From Parcubacteria group bacterium (GTDB lineage Bacteria > Patescibacteriota > Minisyncoccia > Phycocordibacterales > 21-14-all-47-15), in contig JACOYO010000002.1 in assembly GCA_016181845.1 (NCBI GenBank), forward strand, positions 20,780-84,779: 64,000 nt of DNA, read 5' to 3'. Numbering within the stretch: position 1 is the first letter of the stretch; the number at the start of each line of letters is the position of its first letter. The position numbers were made by a program, and so were the translations under genes. Shown piece after piece: positions 10,583-20,211 of the stretch. The notes under the pieces were generated by a model, which was given only the letters and a program-made list of their open reading frames with translations, searched no databases and had not been told where the DNA came from.

Positions 10583-11113
10583 TTAATCGGCATTGGTAAA
10601 TACTCCCTGCACTTCATCGTTGTCCTCAAGCTCCGTTACCAGCGTGTCAAGTTTTTCCAAATCCGCGTCAGACAAATCCATCGTTTGGTTCGCTTGCCAC
10701 CCGCTCTCGGTTTTGGAAAACGCCCACGACGCGGCGCCCTGCGCCGCCAGAGACGCTCCGTTTTTTGATAAGAGATGCTTAATTTCCGCCGCCGCTTTGT
10801 TGCGGTTGTCGGTAAGCACTTCAATAATCATCGCCGCGCCGCCGGGTCCGTACGCCTCATAAAAAAGAGTTTCCATTGCGGCCTGGTCGGCTCCAGCCCC
10901 CTTTTTTATCGCGCGGTCAATGTTGTCGGACGGCATATTTTCTTTCCGCGCTTTTTCAATAGCCGCGCGAAGCGCTGGGGCGTTTACATTGCCACCCGCT
11001 TTTTTAGATAGAACGGCAATCAGACTGGCGAGTTTACCGAACACTTTGCTTTTGTGCGCGTCTCCCGCCTCTTTTTTCCTTTTAATTTTTGACCATTTGT
11101 TGTGTCCGGACAT
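10583..11113 (-). CDS. yebC: YebC/PmpR family regulator (short form)
   Basis: MSGHNKWSKIKRKK, YEAYGPGG, LTDNRN, LEDNDEVQGVFTN. Confidence 0.93.
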   Translation of the reverse strand: MSGHNKWSKIKRKKEAGDAHKSKVFGKLASLIAVLSKKAGGNVNAPALRAAIEKARKENMPSDNIDRAIKKGAGADQAAMETLFYEAYGPGGAAMIIEVLTDNRNKAAAEIKHLLSKNGASLAAQGAASWAFSKTESGWQANQTMDLSDADLEKLDTLVTELEDNDEVQGVFTNAD

Positions 11114-11193
11114 ACATTAATATTAATTAACATCTTTTCCGACTAGTTTGTCAATGGTGACACAAAGATTATCTAAAGGTAAACTTTGTATAT

Positions 11194-11439
11194 ATGACCG
11201 CAAAAAACACCACAACCATTATAGGACTTAAAGAATTACGAGAAAATACCGAAAAGTATATTTCTCAAATAAAAAAGGGAAAATCGTTTACGGTTTTGCG
11301 TCGCTCTCATCCGGTTTTTCAAATTATGCCGCCTGAAGATGGCGGGGAATGGGAAACTTTTGTTGATTTTACGCTATTTGAAGACAACGGCATTTCCGCG
11401 AAAGAATTATTGTTGCGATTAAAAAAGCTTCATGGATAA
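11194..11439 (+). CDS. Phd/YefM-type antitoxin
   Basis: IGLKELREN..YISQIKKGKSFTVLRRSHPVF is a Phd-like N-terminus; overlaps the downstream toxin-like ORF. Confidence 0.75.
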   Translation: MTAKNTTTIIGLKELRENTEKYISQIKKGKSFTVLRRSHPVFQIMPPEDGGEWETFVDFTLFEDNGISAKELLLRLKKLHG

Positions 11440-11671
11440 ACTTGATAAGTTTTTGAAGAAGTTGTCCGAAAAAAAACGAGAAGAAATAGAGCGGCTTGTT
11501 ATGGACATTATCAACAATCGTTTTGACGGACTAGACTGCAAGAAATTAAAAGGAGCACGTGATATTTTTCGCGTGCGAAAAGGCGATATTCGTATTCTTT
11601 TTAAAAAAACAGAAAGAGAGATTTTAATTCTTTCTATTGAAAGAAGAAACGATAACTCATATCGGTTGTAA
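11432..11671 (+). CDS. RelE/ParE-family toxin
   Basis: KKLKG..FRVRKGDIRILF..ILSIERR..Y, a RelE-like pattern. Confidence 0.8.
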   Translation: MDKLDKFLKKLSEKKREEIERLVMDIINNRFDGLDCKKLKGARDIFRVRKGDIRILFKKTEREILILSIERRNDNSYRL

Positions 11672-11710
11672 ACGAAAAAGAAAAACCCGGCCAATTGGTC
11701 GGGAGATTTT

Positions 11711-12724
11711 TTATAAAAGTTTTTCCTGTCGCTCGCTTGGGAGGTCGTATCCCAAATGTTCATACGCTTTGTTGGTGGCGACACGGCCTTGGCGCGTGCG
11801 CTCCAATAATCCGATTTGCATGAGATACGGTTCGTTCACTTCCTCTATGGTCGCTTCGTCTTCCTGAAGCGCTGTTGCGATGGTGTTTAACCCGACCGGA
11901 CCGCCGTGGAATATGCCGACAATGATATCAAGAATTTTTCTGTCGGTCGCGGTGAGTCCCAACTCGTCTATTTCCAAAAGAGAGAGAGCTTTGCGGACTG
12001 AATCCAAAGAAAGAGCCGTTTTGTTTACCTGCGCGAAATCGCGGCACCGTTTGAGGAGGTAATTTGCGGTGCGCGGAGTAAAACGGCTTCTTTTTGAAAT
12101 TTCTTCAATGGCAGATTGTTCGGTGTCTACGCCGAGGAGCGAAGACGACCGAGCGATAATTTTTGCAATGTCTTCTTCCGAATAAAAATCAAGACGAAAT
12201 GTGCCGCCGGAAAAGCGCGAGCGGAGCGGGGAAGAAAGAAGGGCGATGCGGGTCGTCGCCGCAATCAGAGTAAAGGCGGGAAGCTCAAGCTGGATAGTGC
12301 GCGCCGAAGGGCCTTTGCCGATAATGATATCAAGCACACCTGATTCCATCGCGGGGTAGAGTACCTCCTCTATAGTTTTGTTGAGACGGTGAATTTCGTC
12401 AATAAAAAGAATATCGCCGGAAGAAAGGTTGGTGAGGATTGACGCCAGGTCGCCCACTTTCTCAATAGCGGGTCCCGATGTCGTCTTCATCTGCACACCC
12501 GTCTCCTTTGCGATGAGGTGGGCTAGCGTCGTCTTACCTAAACCTGGAGGACCATAAAAAAGGAGGTGTTCCGGAGGGTGTTTCCGCTCCGAAGCCGCCT
12601 TAAGAAGGATGTGCAGATTTTGTTTTATGTGCTGTTGCCCGATATATTCACCCCACGTCAAAGGACGGAGGGTCTGGTCTAAAAAAGACAGATTTTCAGG
12701 TGGTGGTTGTTTTGGAGTTGACAT
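11711..12724 (-). CDS. ruvB: Holliday junction helicase RuvB
   Basis: LRPLTWGEYIGQ, GPPGLGKTTLA, FIDEIHRL, EPYLMQIGLLERTRQGR. Confidence 0.98.
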   Translation of the reverse strand: MSTPKQPPPENLSFLDQTLRPLTWGEYIGQQHIKQNLHILLKAASERKHPPEHLLFYGPPGLGKTTLAHLIAKETGVQMKTTSGPAIEKVGDLASILTNLSSGDILFIDEIHRLNKTIEEVLYPAMESGVLDIIIGKGPSARTIQLELPAFTLIAATTRIALLSSPLRSRFSGGTFRLDFYSEEDIAKIIARSSSLLGVDTEQSAIEEISKRSRFTPRTANYLLKRCRDFAQVNKTALSLDSVRKALSLLEIDELGLTATDRKILDIIVGIFHGGPVGLNTIATALQEDEATIEEVNEPYLMQIGLLERTRQGRVATNKAYEHLGYDLPSERQEKLL

Positions 12725-12794
12725 AAATTATTAAATATGCTATATTCAAATCAACGCTTTGAAAAACACAAAAAGAGAGCGTCGTTAAAATGAT

Positions 12795-12978
12795 TTCCTG
12801 CTCACCAATCCTCTAAGCAATGTCGGCGTTTTTTCGAGGACGTTGTGGTGTCCTGCACTTTTTATTGGTCTCCGTGACGAATGAAAAGTGCAGGGGCCGC
12901 GACAACTATCCTTAGAAAAAATGCTCAGCTTTTGATGCCATATTAAAAGTAATTGCTTAGAGGGTTGGTGTTCGGGAA
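12795..12978 (+). ncRNA. probable 6S (SsrS)-like RNA: ~185-nt rod-shaped hairpin
   Basis: Nested long-range pairings (CACCAATCCTCTAAGCAAT/ATTGCTTAGAGGGTTGGTG; CCTGCACTTTT/AAAAGTGCAGG) with G-U pairs on the + strand; internal bulge; extended -10 TGCTATATT at 12738; terminator at 12989-13022. Confidence 0.6.
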
Positions 12979-13036
12979 CTTTAATTCCAAAAATCGCCGT
13001 AACTGGCGGTTTTTGTTTTTTTGAAAAGAACAAACT

Positions 13037-14710
13037 TTATTCTTGCGCGTTCACATCAACCACGCGCGCCAATTCATCAAGGGAAGTGATACCCGACAGC
13101 ACTTTCATAATTCCGTCCTGTAACATGTCAAAAATTCCCTGTCCTGCCGCCGCCTTTTTTATCTCCCGCGCGCTGACATGTTCGCTTATCGCTTTTTCAA
13201 CCGACGCGTCAAAAATGATCCCCTCAAACACGCCAATGCGCCCTTTATAGCCGGTGTTGTTGCACGCGACGCACCCGACGGCTGTCCATATTTTTTCTGC
13301 AGTTTCCGTATGTTCTCGTTTAATCGTTTTTAACACGCGTTCAATCAGCATTTTTTCTTTCGGTGTCGGAACAGATTCTTTTTTGCATTCGGGACAGAGT
13401 TTTCGTACGAGACGCTGTGCAAGGAAAATGTTGATTGCAGAACTCAATACTTTTGGTTCAGCGCCCAAGTCTATGAGCCGAGGAATAGTGCCCGCCGCGT
13501 CATTTGTGTGCAATGTTGAAAATACGAGGTGTCCGGTAAGCGCGGCGTTTATGGCGGTGCGCGCCGTTTCGCCGTCGCGGATTTCTCCCACCATAATAAC
13601 GTCGGGATCCTGACGCAACGCCGAAACAAGTCCTTTCAAAAAATCATATCCCGCTTCCGGGTCGGTCTGTGTCTGGGTTACTCCTTTGAGATGATATTCA
13701 ATCGGGTCTTCAATGGTGATGATTTTTATATCGGTGCTGTAGATTTTTCTCAAAAAAGCATAGAGAGTGGTCGTCTTGCCGGAACCGGTGGGACCTGTAA
13801 CGAGCACCATACCGTTTGGTTTTTGTATCTCTTTTTCAATAACCGAAAACAAAAACGGCTCAATGCCCAACTCTCCCAAAGGAACCGATATTTCTTTTGG
13901 ATTCAAAATACGCATGACCACCGATTCGCCGTATGAGCCGGGCAGGGTGGATGTTCTGATTTCAATCTCGGTGTCTTCCACGGCAACACTGAAGCGCCCG
14001 TCTTGCGCGGTGTCTTTGATGTTTAGTTTTAATCCGGAAATGAGTTTGACGCGCGATAAGAGGAGCTGATAAACCGAGTTTGTAAAAAAAACAATGTCAT
14101 GAAGAACCCCGTCAAGACGAAATCGCAAGCGTATGGTGTTTTCCTGCGGTTCAATGTGCACGTCAGACGCGCCGACGGCGAATCCGCCCGCAAGAATGAC
14201 CTCAAAAATATGCGAGGTGCTTTGGCGCTCTTTGGATTGGAGCATTTCATCAACAAGACTTTTAATGTCGTTTGTGGTGCGCACGCGCTTCATAAACTCC
14301 GACAACTCTTCTGATGAAATATCTAAAACACCGGCTTTTGTTTCTTGGGCACGGGACACTTCCGAATATCGCTCCCAGGCGCGCAGAAGACTTTTTTTTG
14401 ATGCCAGATAGAGAATAGGAACATACCCCTTTTCTTTCAAATCAGAGAGGGCGGATTTTGCCGCCGTGTTTTCCGGAGTAAAAACAGCAAGGTGCACTTT
14501 ATTGCCTACTAATTTGAACGGAGCAATAAATGCTTGGCGCGCGGTTGCTTCTTCAATAAGACGGAGCGCGTCGGTGTTGATTGATATGCCGATAAGGTTG
14601 ATATACGGAAACCCGTATTTTTGAGAAAGAAGCATCGCAAGGTCTTCCGCTTCTTTTTCAAGAAGGACCTCAACTTTTTTTTCTTGTTTTTCTTCGTTAA
14701 ATTTTGGCAT
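13037..14710 (-). CDS. GspE/PilB family type IV pilus assembly ATPase
   Basis: ASDVHIEP, GPTGSGKTTTLY, LRQDPDVIMVGEIRD, STLHTND, CxxC zinc motifs, GYKGR. Confidence 0.95.
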   Translation of the reverse strand: MPKFNEEKQEKKVEVLLEKEAEDLAMLLSQKYGFPYINLIGISINTDALRLIEEATARQAFIAPFKLVGNKVHLAVFTPENTAAKSALSDLKEKGYVPILYLASKKSLLRAWERYSEVSRAQETKAGVLDISSEELSEFMKRVRTTNDIKSLVDEMLQSKERQSTSHIFEVILAGGFAVGASDVHIEPQENTIRLRFRLDGVLHDIVFFTNSVYQLLLSRVKLISGLKLNIKDTAQDGRFSVAVEDTEIEIRTSTLPGSYGESVVMRILNPKEISVPLGELGIEPFLFSVIEKEIQKPNGMVLVTGPTGSGKTTTLYAFLRKIYSTDIKIITIEDPIEYHLKGVTQTQTDPEAGYDFLKGLVSALRQDPDVIMVGEIRDGETARTAINAALTGHLVFSTLHTNDAAGTIPRLIDLGAEPKVLSSAINIFLAQRLVRKLCPECKKESVPTPKEKMLIERVLKTIKREHTETAEKIWTAVGCVACNNTGYKGRIGVFEGIIFDASVEKAISEHVSAREIKKAAAGQGIFDMLQDGIMKVLSGITSLDELARVVDVNAQE

Positions 14711-14874
14711 GATGCGGGGCTGTGCTTCCTTTTGTTTCCATACTACCTTTTTTGTTTTCAAACACAATCTGGCGGCAGTGGATATTTCGTGGGGTAATCG
14801 GAAAATTTGACAAAAAATGTTGAAGGTGGTAGAATAGGTGCAGAAAATTATTGAGAAATTAACCCATATTACTA

Positions 14875-14915
14875 TGAATCACGAAACTCTTCTTCATCAT
14901 GAGTTTCGTAATTCA
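14875..14915. repeat. family B inverted repeat, short/empty form
   Basis: TGAATCACGAAACTC-N11-GAGTTTCGTAATTCA; same ends at 15549/15683, 27444 and 54664/54801. Confidence 0.7.
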
Positions 14916-14950
14916 AGGCATATTACATAAACCGAAAGGATGGGGAAAAA

Positions 14951-15409
14951 ATGAAAAAAATGACATTTGCAGCGGTTCTTTTTATTGTTGCGGTTTTGTT
15001 TTCAGGATGTTCCTCCTTTCAGCACATCAAAGGAATGAACATCCACATGGGAGTAAACGGCGGCGGGTTCACCGTCCCCATTGGAGATGGATGGGAGTAC
15101 GATACCATCCTTAACATTTCCAATGGGGTGCCCGACACGATGATGGATGTGTTGCAAGACGGGAAACTTGTTGCAACACTTCGTTCAGGAGGAGTTGTGT
15201 CGGTTCGCCTAGGGTCATGGAGATGTTATGGCGGGTATTACTATAATCCATCATGGCAGAGCATTCCCCCGGAACAGTCGTTGCATGTCAGTGTGTATAA
15301 AACCGGAGATTACGAGTCTAAGCAACTCTGGTTTGCCGCAGACAGAAAATTTCGATTGCATGATTGCAACAGGGGAATCCGCCAGTCGGAAGACTGGACG
15401 GTAAAGTAG
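14951..15409 (+). CDS. hypothetical lipoprotein
   Basis: Signal peptide with lipobox LFSGC. Confidence 0.7.
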   Translation: MKKMTFAAVLFIVAVLFSGCSSFQHIKGMNIHMGVNGGGFTVPIGDGWEYDTILNISNGVPDTMMDVLQDGKLVATLRSGGVVSVRLGSWRCYGGYYYNPSWQSIPPEQSLHVSVYKTGDYESKQLWFAADRKFRLHDCNRGIRQSEDWTVK

Positions 15410-15563
15410 ATTTTCGTAATTAACAGTAGATTTATACATACGGTCGTTCAAGGAAGAATAACCGTATGTATTTCTTTTCAAGTTTGGTATACCTTTGCGA
15501 TAAATGGATAGCGGATTTGAAAAGGAACATAAGGATAAAATTATCGTGAATTACGAAACGTAA

Positions 15564-15665
15564 AGACGTCCGACTTCTGAAGTGGTAAAACATAGGCATT
15601 CGCCACAAATAAAGTAATTACCACGTCAGAAGTCGGACGTCTTACACATCAGAGGTCGGACGTCT
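15564..15665. mobile_element. family A element copy 2 (15564-15642) plus an extra tandem half-unit, enclosed by family B ends
   Basis: TIRs AGACGTCCGACTTCTGA/TCAGAAGTCGGACGTCT; extra half to 15665; outer IR AATTACGAAACG 15549-15560 / CGTTTCGTAATT 15672-15683. Confidence 0.85.
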
Positions 15666-15701
15666 CGTCGGCGTTTCGTAATTTACGAAAAACAAACAAT
15701 C

Positions 15702-17774
15702 ATGTTTAGTGTAATAACAAAAAAATATATCTATTATATCGCCTTGGTTGTAGCGATGATTTTTGTTGCCGTTCCTTTTGGAGCATTCGCCGCCACGGAA
15801 CCGTCGTCTCCAGATGTGAAATTGGTAACGGTGCAATTTTCCATTGACTCAAGTCGTCTTGTTTCTTCGGGATCGCAGATGACATCTGTAACCGGCAACA
15901 ACACAGAGACGATTCAAAACACAAACGGTTTGCATACCGCGCAAATCGAAATTCCAAAAGAAAGCAACCTTTTTAGCATTCATGTGAAATGGTCTTGGGA
16001 GGATAGCGGCAACACCGGCACCAATGACGTCATTGGCGTGTATGATATCGCGCAAAATCGTTTTACCAACTACATGGGAAACGGAGGCGGACCAAATGGA
16101 TATGTTGATTCGTTTAGAGCCGTATCCTATCCGAAAAGTATTCACACAGGAAAAGATGACGGCGGCTCGGGCGGCCCAGACCCGTATCAGGGAAACCTTT
16201 CTTCCCACTATTTTCATCTCACCGTATTAGATGTCAGCGTAACTCAATTTGCGACACCAGCACCGAGCGCTCCGCCTCAAACACAATCACCGTCGCAAGC
16301 GCCGCCATCTTCAAGCGCGTCAAGCGCCCAGACATCAAACCCCGCAATCATCGCATTGCTGGTCACCGACCCTGTTTCAAACATCACAGAGACAAAAGCG
16401 CTTCTCAACGGCCACCTGACGGTTACGGGAGATACGCCTGTTGAAATGTGGTTTGAGTGGGGTGTGGGAGTATTTGACCACACAACTTCTATTCGCACGA
16501 TACAAAACAGCGGACGAAGCGTGAGCGAATCAATATATGGTCTTGCTCCAAACACGCAATACATAGCGCGGTTGGCGGCACGGACACCTTCCGCCACAGT
16601 GTATGGAGACGCGGTTTTATTTGTTACCCAACCCACTCCTTCAAATCGTGCGTCGGTGAGCACTTATACGCCGCAAAATATTGACGGAGACGGAGCTCTC
16701 ATGCGCGGGTATGTGAATCCGCGCGGGAGTACTGATACCGTTGCCTGGTTTGAATGGGGAAAAACAATTCCGTTTACCAACACCACCCCTTCCATGACGC
16801 TTGGCGGTGATTCCGGAACGGTGAGTTTTCCGCTCAATTCGCTTGAGGAAAACACACGGTACTACTACCGGATTGTCGCCGTCAATTCTGCCGGAATGTC
16901 TTACGGAAGTACTGTTGATTTCAAAACAGGAGCGGTAAAAGAGTCGGTTTCGCGCGGGGCTCCTTCAGTGACCACCATTAACGCGGAACAAGAAGGAGGC
17001 GGATATATTGTCGTGTTGAAAGGATACGTAGATACAAAAAATGTTCAAACGCGTACATGGTTTGAATACGGAAAAACAACCTCTCTCGGGAGAACGACCT
17101 CAAGAAGCGACCCGCGGAAAGAATCTGGTAGTTTCAGCGAAACGCTCTCCGGACTTGAACAAGGTGTCGTGCATTACTACCGCGCGGTTGCGTCAAACGA
17201 CAATGGCGTTGCATACGGAAATGTATTGAGTGTCACCCCCGGCGGAAACACACAAGTATCTGCAGTATTTACTGCGGCAGATACAATATACGCGGTCACT
17301 GACAGAGCGGAATCAGTCAATGAACAAAGCGCTTTGGTGCGCGGCAGTATTTTATCCGCGGACAACCGCGCGGTTTCGCAAGGATGGTTTGAATACGGAG
17401 AGACGGAAGCGCTTGGCAGAGAGACGCCGATAAAAAATGTGGGTCTGGTAAGCGTGGCCGGCGTGTCGGAGAGTTTGTTTAACCTTGCTCCTGAAACAAC
17501 ATACTATTACCGTTTTGTTGCCAAGCAAAAGGAAGTTGTTTCGCGCGGGGCGATACAAACATTTACCACAAGCGTTCCGGAGAGATTGATTGTTTCTCGC
17601 GCGGCGCCGCAGACGGCACAGCCGCCAAAGATATCTAATGGCGGTAGCGGGCTTGCCGCCGCGGTTTTTCTCGGCGACTTCGCGGCGTTTATGCCGGTGA
17701 CTTTCATTGAATGGTTTCTAGTGTTTCTACTCGTGTTAAGTTTTGTCGTTGCGTGGAGGCAAAAATATATATAA
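15702..17774 (+). CDS. surface protein with four fibronectin-III-like repeats and a C-terminal TM anchor
   Basis: Signal peptide; four repeats of WFE(W/Y)G...L.P.T.YYYR..A; Pro/Ser linker; C-terminal hydrophobic helix. Confidence 0.8.
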   Translation: MFSVITKKYIYYIALVVAMIFVAVPFGAFAATEPSSPDVKLVTVQFSIDSSRLVSSGSQMTSVTGNNTETIQNTNGLHTAQIEIPKESNLFSIHVKWSWEDSGNTGTNDVIGVYDIAQNRFTNYMGNGGGPNGYVDSFRAVSYPKSIHTGKDDGGSGGPDPYQGNLSSHYFHLTVLDVSVTQFATPAPSAPPQTQSPSQAPPSSSASSAQTSNPAIIALLVTDPVSNITETKALLNGHLTVTGDTPVEMWFEWGVGVFDHTTSIRTIQNSGRSVSESIYGLAPNTQYIARLAARTPSATVYGDAVLFVTQPTPSNRASVSTYTPQNIDGDGALMRGYVNPRGSTDTVAWFEWGKTIPFTNTTPSMTLGGDSGTVSFPLNSLEENTRYYYRIVAVNSAGMSYGSTVDFKTGAVKESVSRGAPSVTTINAEQEGGGYIVVLKGYVDTKNVQTRTWFEYGKTTSLGRTTSRSDPRKESGSFSETLSGLEQGVVHYYRAVASNDNGVAYGNVLSVTPGGNTQVSAVFTAADTIYAVTDRAESVNEQSALVRGSILSADNRAVSQGWFEYGETEALGRETPIKNVGLVSVAGVSESLFNLAPETTYYYRFVAKQKEVVSRGAIQTFTTSVPERLIVSRAAPQTAQPPKISNGGSGLAAAVFLGDFAAFMPVTFIEWFLVFLLVLSFVVAWRQKYI

Positions 17775-17780
17775 CAAAGA

Positions 17781-17972
17781 AACAAAGAGCAGCCCTTTGT
17801 TGGGGGATAACTTTTTGGGGACTTAGTTCCCAAGAATATATAGAAAGATGTCTTACAAAAGATGGCGCTTTCTTTCGATATATCGAAAGGAACGAAGTAT
17901 GGTTAGCCCTTTGTAGATGGTATGCCAGTATACTGGCATAGTCTTTGTCACTTAGTGGCTCAACTACTAAGT
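17781..17972. repeat. cluster of at least five unrelated short palindromes
   Basis: 17781-17801, 17815-17833, 17872-17889 (perfect 18 bp), 17921-17940 (perfect 20 bp), 17950-17972. Confidence 0.75.
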
Positions 17973-17976
17973 TGAT

Positions 17977-18078
17977 AGACGTCCGACCTCTGCCGTGGTA
18001 AAACATCGGCATTGGCCACAAATAAAGTAATTACCACATCAGAGGTCGGACGTCCCACACAGCAGAAGTCGGACGTCT
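17977..18078. mobile_element. family A element copy 3 plus an extra tandem half-unit
   Basis: Same TIRs and internal spacer as the other copies; extra CAGAAGTCGGACGTCT 18063-18078; family B-like end at 18082-18101. Confidence 0.85.
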
Positions 18079-18155
18079 TCGCGTTTCGCAATTCAAAGTA
18101 TAACAATAAAAAAACCGCCCCTTACGGCCGGTTTTTTGTTGCGTCGCGACTCATT

Positions 18156-18326
18156 CTAACGGTCAATTTTGGGCGGGCGAAATCCAAACAGAGAAATAAT
18201 AACGGTACCGACAAGAGCCATGAAAAGAATACGGTTTATATCAAGGCCGGATTGGTTCAGGATAATATAGGTCGTGGTAACCCAGATAACGATGATGGAA
18301 AGCGCTGTCCATGGGTATTTAAGCAT
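18156..18326 (-). CDS. 56-aa two-TM microprotein (paralog of 20004-20159)
   Basis: Translated by hand: MLKYPWTALSIIVIWVTTTYIILNQSGLDINRILFMALVGTVIISLFGFRPPKIDR. Confidence 0.8.
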   Translation of the reverse strand: MLKYPWTALSIIVIWVTTTYIILNQSGLDINRILFMALVGTVIISLFGFRPPKIDR

Positions 18327-18341
18327 ATACTTTATAATATA

Positions 18342-19979
18342 CTATTTTAATAATGCGCGCACTTCTTCGTGACGTTCCGCGTAATAGGCGATACGTTCTC
18401 CAAGTATTTCTTCTGCGCGGTGCAATTTTTCCCGTTCAATCACCTGCAGTTCAATCATTTCCTCAAAACCTTCTTGTTCTGTGGGTTCAATACCGCCGGC
18501 AAGTTCTTTTTTATGAGACTCTTCCATAATGATTTCCTCTATGCGAGAAAAATGATTTTTTTCAAAAAAAAGATTCATTGCCAAAACGAGGTTGAATTTA
18601 CTATGAAGGTGCAGAGCAACCATGTCTACAATCGCAAGGGTTCTAAAAAAGAGGAGAACTTCTTCCGGCACATAAAATCCGTACGCGCGTATTGCTATTG
18701 CGAGTTTGGCAAAAACTACCGCAACATTTTTTCTTTGCCAGATATTTTTTTCATTTGCTCGCGCGCGGCGCGCGGGGTCTTCTTTGCCGCTACCAATGGC
18801 GTCATACCATGGCAGTAAAATGGCATGCATATCCTTTTCAAAATTTTCCGCGATGATTTCCTCTATTTTATCAAGCGCCTTTTTTAATTTTTTGTTCGGA
18901 CCATTTTTTTGCCGCTGAAAAACGGACAGCTCTTCTTCAAGTATTTGGTGGGAATAGGAAATAAAACCTTTCGCCGCAAAATGAATATCTTGTTTTACCA
19001 CTCCGTATGCAAAACGGAGAAGGTGAAGGCGCTTTGCGCTTGCTTCTCCCACGATGCCAAAATCAATATAGGCAAGTTTGTTGCCAGGAAGGACATAAAT
19101 GTTTGATGGATGAGGGTCCGCGTGAAAAAATCCGTCAATAAAAATTTGCCGCATCATGTCTTCAACAAGATAATTTGACATCTTTTCAAGGTCAATGCGA
19201 TGTGCTTCATGAAGCAATTTTCCAAAAGACGGATTTTTGTGAAGTTCTTGCATAACGTGGCTTACCTGAAAAGCGCCGTTGTCCAAATATTCGCTGACGA
19301 GTACTTTTGGAGTTGACCGGTCAGCGTATATTTTAGGAACAACCGTATCAGGGTGCTTCTCCGCGTGTTTGAAAATGGCCGCCATATTTGCGGCTTCATG
19401 CCGAAAATCAAGCTCCCGCCTGGTCCACGCAATAAACACAAGCACGGCTTCTTTTAGACGAAGTGCTTTCACAATCTGGAATATGCCGAACACGTCAACG
19501 GCAAAAGAAACCACGAGGAAATCTTGCTCAAAAATTTCATCAATGCCGGGGCGTTTGATTTTGACCGCAACGGATTCTCCTGTATCCAGAGTCGCATGAT
19601 AGACTTGCGCGATTGAAGCAGAACCAACGGGGTTTGTGTTGAACGTTTTGAAATACAGCTCCGGAGGTTTTCCGAATTCCTCAATAAACACTCTTTCCAT
19701 TTCAAAAAAAGGCGCTATTGGCACGTTGCTCAAAAGTTGCAGAAGCTCTTCCGTGTAGGAAGAGGACAGGAGGTCGTTTCGGAGAGAAAGAAGTTGTCCG
19801 AATTTTATAAAAGCGCCTCCGGCTTGTTCGCAAAAAAGCCGCAAACGGATAGGATTGGAAAGTTCATGCTCCGAACCTTTTTCGTCGCGGTATGTTTGCT
19901 TAAAAAAAAGAGCGAGCGCCAAAACGGATAATTGGACACTGCGGAAAAGAAAACGAAAGAATCGCTGTAACGAAAACAT
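18342..19979 (-). CDS. ABC1/AarF/UbiB-family atypical kinase
   Basis: FIKFGQ (KxGQ), GSASIAQV, VAVKI, ELDF..EA, FFHADPHPSN, IDFG. Confidence 0.92.
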   Translation of the reverse strand: MFSLQRFFRFLFRSVQLSVLALALFFKQTYRDEKGSEHELSNPIRLRLFCEQAGGAFIKFGQLLSLRNDLLSSSYTEELLQLLSNVPIAPFFEMERVFIEEFGKPPELYFKTFNTNPVGSASIAQVYHATLDTGESVAVKIKRPGIDEIFEQDFLVVSFAVDVFGIFQIVKALRLKEAVLVFIAWTRRELDFRHEAANMAAIFKHAEKHPDTVVPKIYADRSTPKVLVSEYLDNGAFQVSHVMQELHKNPSFGKLLHEAHRIDLEKMSNYLVEDMMRQIFIDGFFHADPHPSNIYVLPGNKLAYIDFGIVGEASAKRLHLLRFAYGVVKQDIHFAAKGFISYSHQILEEELSVFQRQKNGPNKKLKKALDKIEEIIAENFEKDMHAILLPWYDAIGSGKEDPARRARANEKNIWQRKNVAVVFAKLAIAIRAYGFYVPEEVLLFFRTLAIVDMVALHLHSKFNLVLAMNLFFEKNHFSRIEEIIMEESHKKELAGGIEPTEQEGFEEMIELQVIEREKLHRAEEILGERIAYYAERHEEVRALLK

Positions 19980-20003
19980 AGATGAGATGAAAAATTGAGC
20001 ATC

Positions 20004-20159
20004 TTACAATGACCGAAAACCAATGTAAGATAGAAAGACCGTTACTGCCATAAGAAAGCCAAAAAAAGCTTCCGGGTTTGGCAGGCGGTCTGATGTCATA
20101 AGAACCGCCGCGGTGACCCAGATGACGATGATTGCGACTGATGTCCACGTGTAGCGCAT
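20004..20159 (-). CDS. 51-aa two-TM microprotein (paralog of 18156-18326)
   Basis: Translated by hand: MRYTWTSVAIIVIWVTAAVLMTSDRLPNPEAFFGFLMAVTVFLSYIGFRSL. Confidence 0.8.
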   Translation of the reverse strand: MRYTWTSVAIIVIWVTAAVLMTSDRLPNPEAFFGFLMAVTVFLSYIGFRSL

Positions 20160-20211
20160 AGTATTATGATTTGTAATTCAAGTGTTTAGATTACTATATT
20201 TAGTATATAGT

